A stretch of DNA of 63,233 nt, counting the filler. It is 5 parts of 5 records of this genome, joined end to end, with 100 filler letters (N's around TTAATTAATTAA, not from the genome) between each part and the next. Parts side by side here need not be neighbours in the genome. Positions count along the whole stretch, not along the records: positions 1 to 12,594 come from DRR723986_6509; 4 more parts are not named here. One strand, written 5' to 3'. Below the pieces are notes generated by a model. It was not told the origin of the DNA, did not search any database, and was given only the letters and a program-made list of their open reading frames with translations. Shown piece by piece: positions 1 through 9,352 of the stretch (position 1 is the stretch's first letter; each line of letters starts with the position of its first letter). A program made the translations under genes and the position numbers.

Positions 1-28
1 GGGGGGGGGGGGGAGGGGGGGGGGGGGG
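1..28. other. poly-G run at contig start, probable sequencing artefact
   Basis: 27 of the first 28 bases are G and the run sits at the contig edge, typical of two-colour-chemistry no-signal tails. Confidence 0.7.
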
Positions 29-133
29 CCGTTCCCCTCTAACAGCTCGCATCGAAAACTCACCATTGCGTTTCTTGACTTATCAATCGTTCCAGCCTCC
101 TCGTGAAACCCGTCGACTCATAATCTTCGCGGT

Positions 134-3100
134 CTACTCGCTCAACTGGCGAGCTTGCCGAATCATGTCAACCAATACTCCAACGCGTGGATCAACTCCG
201 GGCTGGGACGCGAATTCGCTGGCTAAACGATTCAGAGCAGAAATATCAACTGCATCACCCAGTGGCTCACCACGTAGCTTGGCAGCAAACAGAGCTGCTG
301 TGGCGGCGATTTGCATCCCAGGTGCAGCTTGGTCAATCCGAGGAGCAGACGACTCGTACGGAATCGGCCAACGATTTTCAACCATCTGCCCTGTTGCAAT
401 GTCTTGGAACCTGACCGAAACAAAACCAACGTCGCCCTGGCCATCTGGCTTGACTTCAAACTGATAGACTGCCACCCCCGCTTCTTCGGCGGCCATCTCG
501 GCGGCGTCTACGGAGTCATTTCGAAAGTCTTCTTTCTTGAGCGTGTGCTTTTCAAAGCCAAGCAGCTTGTATCGACCGACTCTTTGCGGATTAAACTCAA
601 CTTGGACTTTGACGTTCTTGGCACTTGGCCGCAGCGCCCCGGCAACTTGACGTGCAAAGCCAGCGTCGGCCGATTCGGCTGAACCTAACAAGTAGTAACG
701 TCCGTCGCCTTTTCGTGTAAGCGCCTCGAGCACTTCGTCGTTCAGGCCGTCTGCACTAATTCCCGCTGCGTCGAAGGCTACGCCCGCCTCGCGAATCTGC
801 TCGATCATCCGAGATAGACTTTCGGGCTTGGCATCGCCAAGATTGACGGCCCCGTCGGTGAACAGAATGATACGATTCTGCGCTCCGTCGACTTTGTGCT
901 CCTGAGCCTTTTCAAAGGCTAGCTTCAGGGCTGCTTCAATGTTGGTTCCACCTTCACTCGGCATCAAAGCGATCTGTTTGGCCAACTCCGACACTTTTCG
1001 TCCGCCAACTCCGTCCGCTATCAATCGTGGGGTGCGAGCAAAGCTGATCAGGGTGACTCGATCGCTGGGAAGGAGCTGAGTGGCAAGCAGGTTGAACGCT
1101 CGCGTGACGGTTTCGCGGCGGTCGGCGCGTTCCATTGAGCCCGAGTTGTCGATCAGCAGGGTGAGTCGCAAGGGAGTCTTGCTGGCCCGCCCAGTGGCCG
1201 AAGTTCGCATCGCCACTCGCATCAGGTTGCGTTGTTGAATGAATGGATGCACGCATTGTTCTACGTTGGCTGCAACCTTTTCAGTACGGTTTGGCAGAGG
1301 ATCGCCGTAGTCGAACGCGTTGACGAACTCTTCAATACGTATCTTTGCCGCTTCCGGCCATTTGCCTTGCCCCAATGCCGCTTGTGCAAGCTTGAAGGAC
1401 ACGTCGCTGACATGCAGAGAGAACGTAGAAAACGCTTCCTTTGCGGCATCTTTCTCATCGAGACCACTTGGCGGTTGAGTTCGCTTCAACGCTTTGATGC
1501 GGGCGCGAGCACTCTCAGTTGCCTCTCTCTTCTCGAATCTCGCCGATGAATAGTCCCGACCGCCCGTGTTGTCGCGAACTGCAAGGCCAGCTCCCACCTG
1601 ACTTGAACTTTCAGAGTCCTTTAGCCGCTCGAAATCGATGCCTTCGCGGGAGTCTTCGCGACTTGATTTTCGCGCGACAGGTGGGATTTGCTTTTCAGAA
1701 GTGGCGAATGACTGCTTGTCGGCAAAATCTACTGCGACACCGGATCGCCGCTCCGGTACAGCGGAATACAACTCGATTGCTTCTTCTCCGGAGGTGCTGC
1801 CTAGTTTTGCAGCAAGTTCACTGATTTGCTGATCCGCCTCGGCATCAGACTTAGCTTCGATGTTCTTCTGTAGTTCCTGCAGGCCACGCGTCTTGTTTCC
1901 CCTTCGCGAGAATCCTTCAACACTCTGCGGCGTCGCTTTACCAACAGTGGAGGAGGCAGATTGCCCCGCGTGACGTTGAGAAAGATCCGTCCAGTCGTTT
2001 GGATAGGCGAGAGCCGGAGATTCCATCGGTATTGCCGCTTCTTCTACTGTTCTCATCGCATCAACGAAACCAGCTTCCCTTTCTCCGTACAGATCGCCAA
2101 ACAACGCTTCACCCTCAGACGAATCGACCGCTCCATCGGCATCGGCGTCGACGCCAAATCCGAAGCTTGGTTTTGGGGGCGTTTGTCCCTGCGCTCCCCA
2201 TACTCCAGTTGCGGCCTCTACCTCTGCCAATTCCTGTTGCCCTTGCTCCAGTCCTTGTTGGCCGGACTTCGAAAGTTCCTGCTTGAGCCGAATACTTCCG
2301 TAGTCATCCGGCGTTGCCTGCCAGACGTTCTCTTGCCCAAGTTTTTTACTATCGAACTCAACATCCTGCTGCTGCGGTGCAGACATAGCGAGAGAGAGAT
2401 TGGCTGGGAACTCCGGCTCTGCGGACTGCGGACTTGGTTTGGCAGATGGCTCGACTGCGAAATCGCCAACTACATTAGGTCTGACGAACCTGCTTGTTTG
2501 TGGTTGCTGAACGGGGGCTGCTTCGCGGGACAAGCCGCCACCTCCCATTCCTCCACCGCCACCTCCCATACCCCCACCGTAGCCGCCCATTCCTCCGGCA
2601 TAGAGACGTTTACCGCTGCCATTTTCAATGTTGCCTTGGTCGCTGCTGTCGCCGGCAAACGAAGGCGCACCGTTTCCTGAAGAATCTTGAGAACGACCAA
2701 AGTAACCATTTGCATCTGGGGTGCCGCTCGTGCCGAAACTCACTTCTGGGGGCGTACCCGAAGGAGCTCCGCCGCGGGCGATTCCGTAACGGGCACCGGC
2801 GGAATCAGAAACTACCCCGACGCCGTCCAGCATTGGGGACGCAGGAGGAGTCACGAAAAAGCTGTTTGAGTTGGCGGCTGCAGGCTGGTTGCCAGCGCTA
2901 CCAGGATCCACAAGCCCCTCTTCCTCATTCGCAATGATGATTCGAGGTGTTACGCCCATTGCTAATGATTCAGTCCGCATTGGTGTATCGTCCCAGCGAT
3001 CGGCTGGACCAGATGGTGTATCACCAGGCAAAGAAGTAGCAGGCTCTTGACGGTATCGCCGTATACCACCCAGCAAAATTGAACCGCCATCCGGTACCGA

Positions 3101-4189
3101 GACCTCTGCCATGGCAATGCTCTGGTCGGGCTGTTCAGGCAAACTAAGCTGCGGCAAGTCTGGAACACCTAATCCAGACGTTGGTCCTTGTTCATCGCTA
3201 AACTGAACTCCGCGACCTGCGGCCATACCTTTGCCACTACTTCGGGTGACGGTTGGAGGCGCAGCCGTCGGTGAAGGGGCCTGCTCAGGCCCAGAATTCA
3301 TGTCGTACAGGTAGTCCGGCGTTGGAAGAGAAACAGTCCCGTCGGAAGCTGCAACGCTTGAGCGGAACGTGTTTGCCTTAGAAGGGGCACTTGCATCCAG
3401 ATCAATGTTCATGCTGTCGCTGAGCCTAGCGAGCGAATCTTTCGCACTGGTGGCAAATTCTCGATTGAGTGAAATCTCTACTTCCGGCGCAGCAATCGCG
3501 ACGGCCGACCATTTCTCGTAGGTCATGGTCGTACCACCGTTTACGTGCGCCCCTTCACTGAGCCGTCCATCGAAATCTTCGAAGACTTCACCAGCGAAGC
3601 TTTCTGTTGACTCCAGCGAGTCAACATCAGCTTGATTGAATTCAAGCCGCGCCATCGTTGCTTCCCGAGCACCGCCATTGAGCATGCAGGCAACCAAAAG
3701 GAAGCTGCAGGCGACGCCGATGGGCCCAATCACCTTGCTGCGAAGCCACCAAGGTCTCGATTTAGCACTTGGACGCGGTCGCATGTTTGCTGCAGTTGTT
3801 GTACTTGATGGCACAGAGGCCGGGTCGCCGCTGGTCTCTGCACCGTTTTCTTTGGTGCTTTGAGAAATGACCGAGAGCACTTCCTTGCGTCGGTCGCTGG
3901 AAAGCTGCCAATTGCTTGATTCGTCAGCGTTGTCGTTGGCCGTCGAAGGATCGTGTGGGTGCAGGTCTTCGTCTGCGAGCCGTTCTGCGGACACCATGAT
4001 ATGCAACTCGGCCTCAAGCAGTCCGCTTGCACGAGCGATCTCGTCTCGGAACGCGCGCAGGTCTTCTCGCTCGGCCAGCATTGCTTCCAATTCAGCTTTC
4101 TCGAAATCCGACGCTTCACCTAGTACAAGGGCGACGATTCGAGCTTCGAGGTCTGATGGAATGTTGTGTTCGTTTGGTTGCATGTTCAT
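134..4189 (-). CDS. Membrane-anchored anti-sigma-like protein with C-terminal vWA (YfbK/DUF3520-type) domain
   Basis: 1351 aa. N-terminal anti-sigma-like helix (EARIVALVLGEASDFEKAELEAML), one TM segment (VIGPIGVACSFLLVACML), long low-complexity linker, YfbK-like STFSLHVSDVSF and RIEEFVNAFDY, vWA MIDAS DNSGSM, GGTN and LFTDG. Start overlaps the ECF sigma stop (ATGA 4186-4189). Confidence 0.85.
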   Translation of the reverse strand: MNMQPNEHNIPSDLEARIVALVLGEASDFEKAELEAMLAEREDLRAFRDEIARASGLLEAELHIMVSAERLADEDLHPHDPSTANDNADESSNWQLSSDRRKEVLSVISQSTKENGAETSGDPASVPSSTTTAANMRPRPSAKSRPWWLRSKVIGPIGVACSFLLVACMLNGGAREATMARLEFNQADVDSLESTESFAGEVFEDFDGRLSEGAHVNGGTTMTYEKWSAVAIAAPEVEISLNREFATSAKDSLARLSDSMNIDLDASAPSKANTFRSSVAASDGTVSLPTPDYLYDMNSGPEQAPSPTAAPPTVTRSSGKGMAAGRGVQFSDEQGPTSGLGVPDLPQLSLPEQPDQSIAMAEVSVPDGGSILLGGIRRYRQEPATSLPGDTPSGPADRWDDTPMRTESLAMGVTPRIIIANEEEGLVDPGSAGNQPAAANSNSFFVTPPASPMLDGVGVVSDSAGARYGIARGGAPSGTPPEVSFGTSGTPDANGYFGRSQDSSGNGAPSFAGDSSDQGNIENGSGKRLYAGGMGGYGGGMGGGGGGMGGGGLSREAAPVQQPQTSRFVRPNVVGDFAVEPSAKPSPQSAEPEFPANLSLAMSAPQQQDVEFDSKKLGQENVWQATPDDYGSIRLKQELSKSGQQGLEQGQQELAEVEAATGVWGAQGQTPPKPSFGFGVDADADGAVDSSEGEALFGDLYGEREAGFVDAMRTVEEAAIPMESPALAYPNDWTDLSQRHAGQSASSTVGKATPQSVEGFSRRGNKTRGLQELQKNIEAKSDAEADQQISELAAKLGSTSGEEAIELYSAVPERRSGVAVDFADKQSFATSEKQIPPVARKSSREDSREGIDFERLKDSESSSQVGAGLAVRDNTGGRDYSSARFEKREATESARARIKALKRTQPPSGLDEKDAAKEAFSTFSLHVSDVSFKLAQAALGQGKWPEAAKIRIEEFVNAFDYGDPLPNRTEKVAANVEQCVHPFIQQRNLMRVAMRTSATGRASKTPLRLTLLIDNSGSMERADRRETVTRAFNLLATQLLPSDRVTLISFARTPRLIADGVGGRKVSELAKQIALMPSEGGTNIEAALKLAFEKAQEHKVDGAQNRIILFTDGAVNLGDAKPESLSRMIEQIREAGVAFDAAGISADGLNDEVLEALTRKGDGRYYLLGSAESADAGFARQVAGALRPSAKNVKVQVEFNPQRVGRYKLLGFEKHTLKKEDFRNDSVDAAEMAAEEAGVAVYQFEVKPDGQGDVGFVSVRFQDIATGQMVENRWPIPYESSAPRIDQAAPGMQIAATAALFAAKLRGEPLGDAVDISALNRLASEFASQPGVDPRVGVLVDMIRQARQLSE

Positions 4190-4734
4190 GATTGCTGGTC
4201 CATACCGAGGGGACGCAAACTAGTGGCGAGCTGTTTGAGGATGTGGTGTAGCCGGTAGCCGACGTTTCCAACGCTCAGCCCAGTGGCTTCGGCAATTTGG
4301 CGGTAGGTCATGCCGTCGAAATACTTCAACTCAACCAGTCGGCGATCTTCGTCGCTCAGGCGGTCAATCGTTTCTCGCAGCATTCCGGCTGCTTCCATTC
4401 GCAACATGATCGCCTCCGCTGTCTCGATGCCTTCGTCCACCATCTCGCCCGACTCATGCTCCGCCACTTCACGACGGTGATCTCGGACATAGTTGAATGC
4501 TCGATTCCGCACGCTGCGGAACAGCCAGTGCCGAGGGTTGGCGACGCTTTCCCATTTTGCGTGCAATTGCAGGAAAACGTCTTGGACAATTTCTTCTGCA
4601 ATCGCTCGCCGGCGAAGTAGCGAAACGGCGTACCTCAGCAAATTCGACTCTTCAGCATCGAACAGCTCGGGCAACGTGGGCTTGCGCTCACCTTGTCCGA
4701 CAGCCGTTTCGTCTGCGGAAGAGTGTTTCAACAT
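4186..4734 (-). CDS. ECF-type RNA polymerase sigma factor
   Basis: Region 2 (AEEIVQDVFLQL, WLFRSVRNRAFNYVR) and region 4 (LKYFDGMTYRQIAEATGLSVGNVGYRLHH); 182 aa. Confidence 0.93.
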   Translation of the reverse strand: MLKHSSADETAVGQGERKPTLPELFDAEESNLLRYAVSLLRRRAIAEEIVQDVFLQLHAKWESVANPRHWLFRSVRNRAFNYVRDHRREVAEHESGEMVDEGIETAEAIMLRMEAAGMLRETIDRLSDEDRRLVELKYFDGMTYRQIAEATGLSVGNVGYRLHHILKQLATSLRPLGMDQQS

Positions 4735-5293
4735 GATGTTTTTCGCTGTTGGGGACGCCGGGAGTTACCGTGGTCAAGCCGCCAAGGAGTTTCCCGCTCG
4801 TCCTTCATAAAGCCAGACACGCGGGCGAAGTGGTTCTTAGGATATTCTCGCAGAATTCTTGAGCATTTCGCGCAAGGCAGAATTCTCGAGCTCTACGGGG
4901 GCAAAACGGCTCTTTTCGCTCGCATGGCAAGTGGCGACTGGGGCAAGTGGCGAATGGCACGATTTCGAGCCCAATCATACGATTTCGAACCCACACTGAA
5001 GACTGAACACACAGTAATCAACGCACGCATAGGACTGGGAGTTCCCGAAATGCTTGCAAAGCGGCAAGGCAAGCTGAGATGTGCCGCGTGGCAGCGACGG
5101 ACCTTCGGTATTTCGCTCTGGCGGCGTGATTCCGTGATTTGCGACAATCACACCTGCGAATCTGTCCCGCTTGGCAACGGCCAGAATGACGCCGACGCGA
5201 TAAGATTGCCGTTTCCGATGACGGTGCGAGAATGTCAGCCGGATCTGCCATTCTTCAGCCACTTAGAGTTATTGAGCCCGAAAGCAGTTGAAT

Positions 5294-8200
5294 ATGAGCG
5301 AGGGAAAAAAATCTCCCTGGAAACGACGCATCGCGATTGCCGCTATCGGAACCTTCATTCTGATACTGCTAGCTCCCACGATTCTCGTGCGATCGAGCAT
5401 CGTGACGCCACTGGCGAATCGGTTCGCCGGCATCAGTCCGCTCGAAATCAGCATCGATGAAGTCCGCGGCGGCTGGATGCAATCGGTCGGAATCGATGGT
5501 CTGAAGCTGGTCGATGCAGAAGGTAAGACGGTTGCATCGGTAGCTAGCATTCAGACCGAAAAAAGTCTTGTCGGTTTCGCGACCAACTCCAGCGACTTGG
5601 GAACGATCACGATTCAAGGCGCTGAGGCGGTTGTCAGTGTGGCCGATGGCACGAGCAACTTAGAACAAGCTCTTGAGCCGATCCTTGCGGCCGAGCAAGA
5701 AGAGATCGAGGATACAACGCCAGCCGCACCGCCTACCGGCCGCATCATCGTTACCGATTCCAAGTTGATGGTCACCGAAGCGGGCCGCCCCGAGCAATGG
5801 GTCGTGGAGCTAAAAAATGCCGACGTGGTACTGCCAGCAGCAGGCCAGTTGTTGGGCCCCACAAAAGTGTCTGCCGCCGTTGGTGATACCTCCAGTAGTC
5901 ACGGTGCTGTTGTTGGGACGATTGATCTGTCTGTTGTTAGTGAAGATGCAGACAAGTTGGTTGTAGACGGCACGATCGAGAACCTGCCCCTTGCGGTGTA
6001 TCATATCGTTGCAGCTCGAGTTCCGGGGCTGCCAATCGATAGCGTTGAGGGTACGCTCTCGACTCAGTTGGCTGGTTACTACCGCAATTTTGAAGATTTC
6101 GACATCCAAGCAAAGGGGCTCAACGGGCAAGATTTGCAGATCGTCGCGCCGGAGCTTCTCGGTGACTCAGGCGTCGAACTCTCGCGGTTGACCGTTTCCG
6201 GCCATGCGAAAGCAGTTAGCGGGAAACTTAGCGTCAGCGATGCGGTACTACAGTGCGACTTTGCCAACGCGGCAGCGAGTGCAGATTTGAAATGGCCCCT
6301 TGAGTTGCCCAGTCTCGCTCAGCCGTTACTCGCCGATTCACAGCTTGATGCACGCGGAACGATCGACCTACCCCGACTGATAGCTGCTGCGCCAGATTTA
6401 ATTCCGCTACGTGAGAATTTGCAACTGCACGCCGGAACTGCAGGCTTTGTCTTACGGCACGACCCAACCAAAATCGTTTCCGGCATTCGCTTGACCGGCC
6501 TCGATGCAACTGCGGCCGGGCAAAAACTAACGTGGCAGCAACCATTGGCCGTAGACGCCAGCGTGGAGCAAAACGGAAACGCACTACTTCTAAGCACAGG
6601 CCTCGAGAGTGACTTCGGAAAACTTTCTGCTCGCGGTGACATGCAGAACGGCAATCTCTCCGGCGACTTCGACCTCCAACGGCTTTACACCGAGATAAGC
6701 CGGTGGATTGAATTGCCTGTGACGCGCATGGCGGGCAACGTTGGAGTTGGCGGGAAATGGGCAACCAACGAAGCCGGTGTGATGGACGCGAATGTTGTCA
6801 TCAACACCACTCCCATGACTATCGTTACCGCAACGGGCCAAATAGAAGAGCCTGCCTGGCAGATCGACTTAAACGCCAACATGCTATTCGCGGGCGGTTC
6901 GCCCTCGCAGGTCAATTCGGCGGCCGTTTCGCTTGTCTCGCAGCAAGAGCAATTGAGCGTCGAACTGAAAGAGCCACTTTCTCTATCACCAGAAAGCACG
7001 CAGTTGGCCGGATTTGATGCCAGCTTGTCAGGCGATCTTGCTAACTGGATGCGTCGAGCCAGTGTTTTTATGACTGAGGCGATGCCAGCCGAGGTAGGCG
7101 GAAACGCAAACTTCAAAGTCTCGGGCCGCGTCGGCATGTCGTCTGCTGAAGTGGCAGCGGCTAACTGGGAAGCAGGGCCGATTCGCGTGAAGACTCAAGG
7201 GTTGGAGTTTGTCGAACCGCGGATGATTGGTAGTTTTCGCGGCAACGCCAACACAAACGACTTGATGAAACTGGCCGTAGATGAGTTGACGGTGCAGTCC
7301 ACAGCCATCTCGTTGACCGCCAAAGACGCCGATCAACAAGGGCAGCGGATCGGACGTGCGATGTACCGCGTTGATCTTGGTCGGCTGATGGGCAACATCG
7401 CCGTTGATCCGAATACCACCGAAGCGCAAACGCTCGTCTTCGGAATGCTCGAGGGGCAATTTGACTGGGCGATCAACGCTCAACAAGCAAACCTGCAAGT
7501 TGGCGCGGCTGGCAAACAGATTGTCGTGGCCAGTCGCCAAGCGGGGCAGCCGGATAGCACGATATGGCAAGAGCCAAACGCCAAGCTTTCGGTGAATGCA
7601 ACATACGACATGTCCAGTGGTGAAGCCACGGTGCCTCAGGTGATCGTCGAGACGCCGTGGATGAACTACACCGGCAAAGTGAACTACATCGCCTCGGCAG
7701 CCGCAGACTCGGGCGGCCAGGCTGCTCTCTCGGGTGGATCAGCATCGCCAAGGACAGCCAATCAAGATAAAGAGACACCGCAGTCATCCACAGTCGTGCC
7801 AGCAGGATTTGCAGGTCAACCGGACGCTGCCCTAGCAGCGCAGACTGCCGGAGCATCACAGCCCGGTGGAGTTCTTCCGTCCGGCACACTGGAGCCAGGT
7901 GAAGCTCAGCAAATGACCACGGTAACCAGTGAGGGCAATCTAACTTATGACGCTGGACTGCTGTCGCAAAAGTTGGCTCCGCTAACTGGAAACCAAGTAG
8001 CCCTCGCCGGACGACACACCTCGCCAGTCACAGCAAAACTGGTAATGCGAGACACCGACGCCAGCGTGCTCAGCGGACTTGACGCTGCACTGAACCTGGG
8101 CTGGGATCAAGCCAACGTAGTTGGGATCGAAATTGGACAGTCGAACATTCCTATCACCGTTTCGGCAGGAACATTGACAAGTGCGGCTGAGCTGCCCGTC

Positions 8201-8944
8201 AGCGGAGGCCAGATGCGTTGGAACCTGACAAGTGACCTCGCCGCAGACGAGCTGTCCATTCACCTGCAGCCCATGAACGTTTTAGAGAACGTTGCGATCA
8301 CTCGACAGATGTGTGCGGGATGGCTGAAATACGTCGCTCCACTGCTGGCTGACACCACTTCGGTCGACGGCCGCCTGACTCTGCGGCTCGACGAAGCTCT
8401 CCTGACTCCATCGCGGCCGATGGAACAAACGATTCGAGGCCAGTTGCTCGTCCATGACGCTCAAGTGGGGCCGGGACCATTCTCGACTTCGATCCTGGCC
8501 ATCGTTTCGCAAATCAACTCGCTGCGAAACGGCGGAGTCGGACAATCTTTCTCACAAAGTCAGACGTGGCTTCTCTTGCCACAGCAACAGATCGACTTCC
8601 GCATGCAACAGGGCCGCGTTTACCACGAGAATGTGAGTGTTCGGGTTGGCGATGTGAATATCTCGACAGCAGGATACGTTGCCGTCGACGGATCGATGGA
8701 TCTGGCTGCTTCCATGCCGATTCCAGACGATTGGATCGAAAAGAGCCCACTGCTTGAGGGCATGCGTGGCAGTGCGTTGACTTTCCCAGTCGGTGGAACG
8801 CTTGCTCAGCCACAGATCAACACTGACTTTTTGCGGCAGTTCAGTCGCCAAGCTGTCCAGGGGGCCGCCCGAGGTCTGCTTCAACAGGGGCTCAGCAAGG
8901 GCCTCGACAAGTTGTTTGGACAACCACCAGGCGGAGGCAACTAG
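5294..8944 (+). CDS. AsmA/TamB-like (DUF748-type) periplasmic beta-taco protein
   Basis: N-terminal anchor (KRRIAIAAIGTFILILLAPTIL), ~1200 aa of repetitive beta-rich sequence, AsmA-like C-terminus (FRMQQGRVYHE, GYVAVDGSMDL, FPVGGTLAQPQI). ATG at 5294 preferred to TTG 5288. Confidence 0.72.
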   Translation: MSEGKKSPWKRRIAIAAIGTFILILLAPTILVRSSIVTPLANRFAGISPLEISIDEVRGGWMQSVGIDGLKLVDAEGKTVASVASIQTEKSLVGFATNSSDLGTITIQGAEAVVSVADGTSNLEQALEPILAAEQEEIEDTTPAAPPTGRIIVTDSKLMVTEAGRPEQWVVELKNADVVLPAAGQLLGPTKVSAAVGDTSSSHGAVVGTIDLSVVSEDADKLVVDGTIENLPLAVYHIVAARVPGLPIDSVEGTLSTQLAGYYRNFEDFDIQAKGLNGQDLQIVAPELLGDSGVELSRLTVSGHAKAVSGKLSVSDAVLQCDFANAAASADLKWPLELPSLAQPLLADSQLDARGTIDLPRLIAAAPDLIPLRENLQLHAGTAGFVLRHDPTKIVSGIRLTGLDATAAGQKLTWQQPLAVDASVEQNGNALLLSTGLESDFGKLSARGDMQNGNLSGDFDLQRLYTEISRWIELPVTRMAGNVGVGGKWATNEAGVMDANVVINTTPMTIVTATGQIEEPAWQIDLNANMLFAGGSPSQVNSAAVSLVSQQEQLSVELKEPLSLSPESTQLAGFDASLSGDLANWMRRASVFMTEAMPAEVGGNANFKVSGRVGMSSAEVAAANWEAGPIRVKTQGLEFVEPRMIGSFRGNANTNDLMKLAVDELTVQSTAISLTAKDADQQGQRIGRAMYRVDLGRLMGNIAVDPNTTEAQTLVFGMLEGQFDWAINAQQANLQVGAAGKQIVVASRQAGQPDSTIWQEPNAKLSVNATYDMSSGEATVPQVIVETPWMNYTGKVNYIASAAADSGGQAALSGGSASPRTANQDKETPQSSTVVPAGFAGQPDAALAAQTAGASQPGGVLPSGTLEPGEAQQMTTVTSEGNLTYDAGLLSQKLAPLTGNQVALAGRHTSPVTAKLVMRDTDASVLSGLDAALNLGWDQANVVGIEIGQSNIPITVSAGTLTSAAELPVSGGQMRWNLTSDLAADELSIHLQPMNVLENVAITRQMCAGWLKYVAPLLADTTSVDGRLTLRLDEALLTPSRPMEQTIRGQLLVHDAQVGPGPFSTSILAIVSQINSLRNGGVGQSFSQSQTWLLLPQQQIDFRMQQGRVYHENVSVRVGDVNISTAGYVAVDGSMDLAASMPIPDDWIEKSPLLEGMRGSALTFPVGGTLAQPQINTDFLRQFSRQAVQGAARGLLQQGLSKGLDKLFGQPPGGGN

Positions 8945-9180
8945 TCGGTGGCAGCCGTCTCAAGGCGGAATTGTTCTGGTATCGACCAAGTGGCACTCGG
9001 AAAGACCGCATTCGAAGACGCGACCTCGCAACCCAGCCAGTTGGCAGGCAATCTGAAATGGCCCAGGTGAGCTCGGCGGAGCGCGTTTGCGGGAATCTAG
9101 CCGGCAAACTCGACGCTGGTTGCCTATATTGCCAGTGCTAGGTGGTCGGGTAGGTCCGATCGAACGGATTATTCCGGTTC

Positions 9181-9212
9181 TGGCAAACTTTTCGGTCACC
9201 CCCTGCCGATAA
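9181..9212 (+). promoter_or_regulatory. Putative sigma28-like promoter (-10 GCCGATAA at 9205-9212) upstream of the BBP7 gene
   Basis: Exact GCCGATAA about 140 bp upstream of the start codon; the -35 element (CAAA/AAAC) matches only weakly. Confidence 0.3.
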
Positions 9213-9352
9213 GCACGTCTGTAACGAGTTTTCGGGTAACACCGGTATTGTGTTACGCGCCGGGGGGCGAGCCGAATTGGCGTTGGATTGATGCTCCCCA
9301 TAGGTGCGCGTTTGCAACCGAACACGGTCGAAGTGCCGCTGGAGAGAAATCA

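Noticed and set aside
1-28. G tract as a G-quadruplex or regulatory element
   Set aside because: It sits at the contig edge and is most simply a poly-G sequencing artefact.
4693-5460. 255-aa ORF spanning the sigma/AsmA divergent region
   Set aside because: Overlaps both real genes, has no motifs and has atypical composition.
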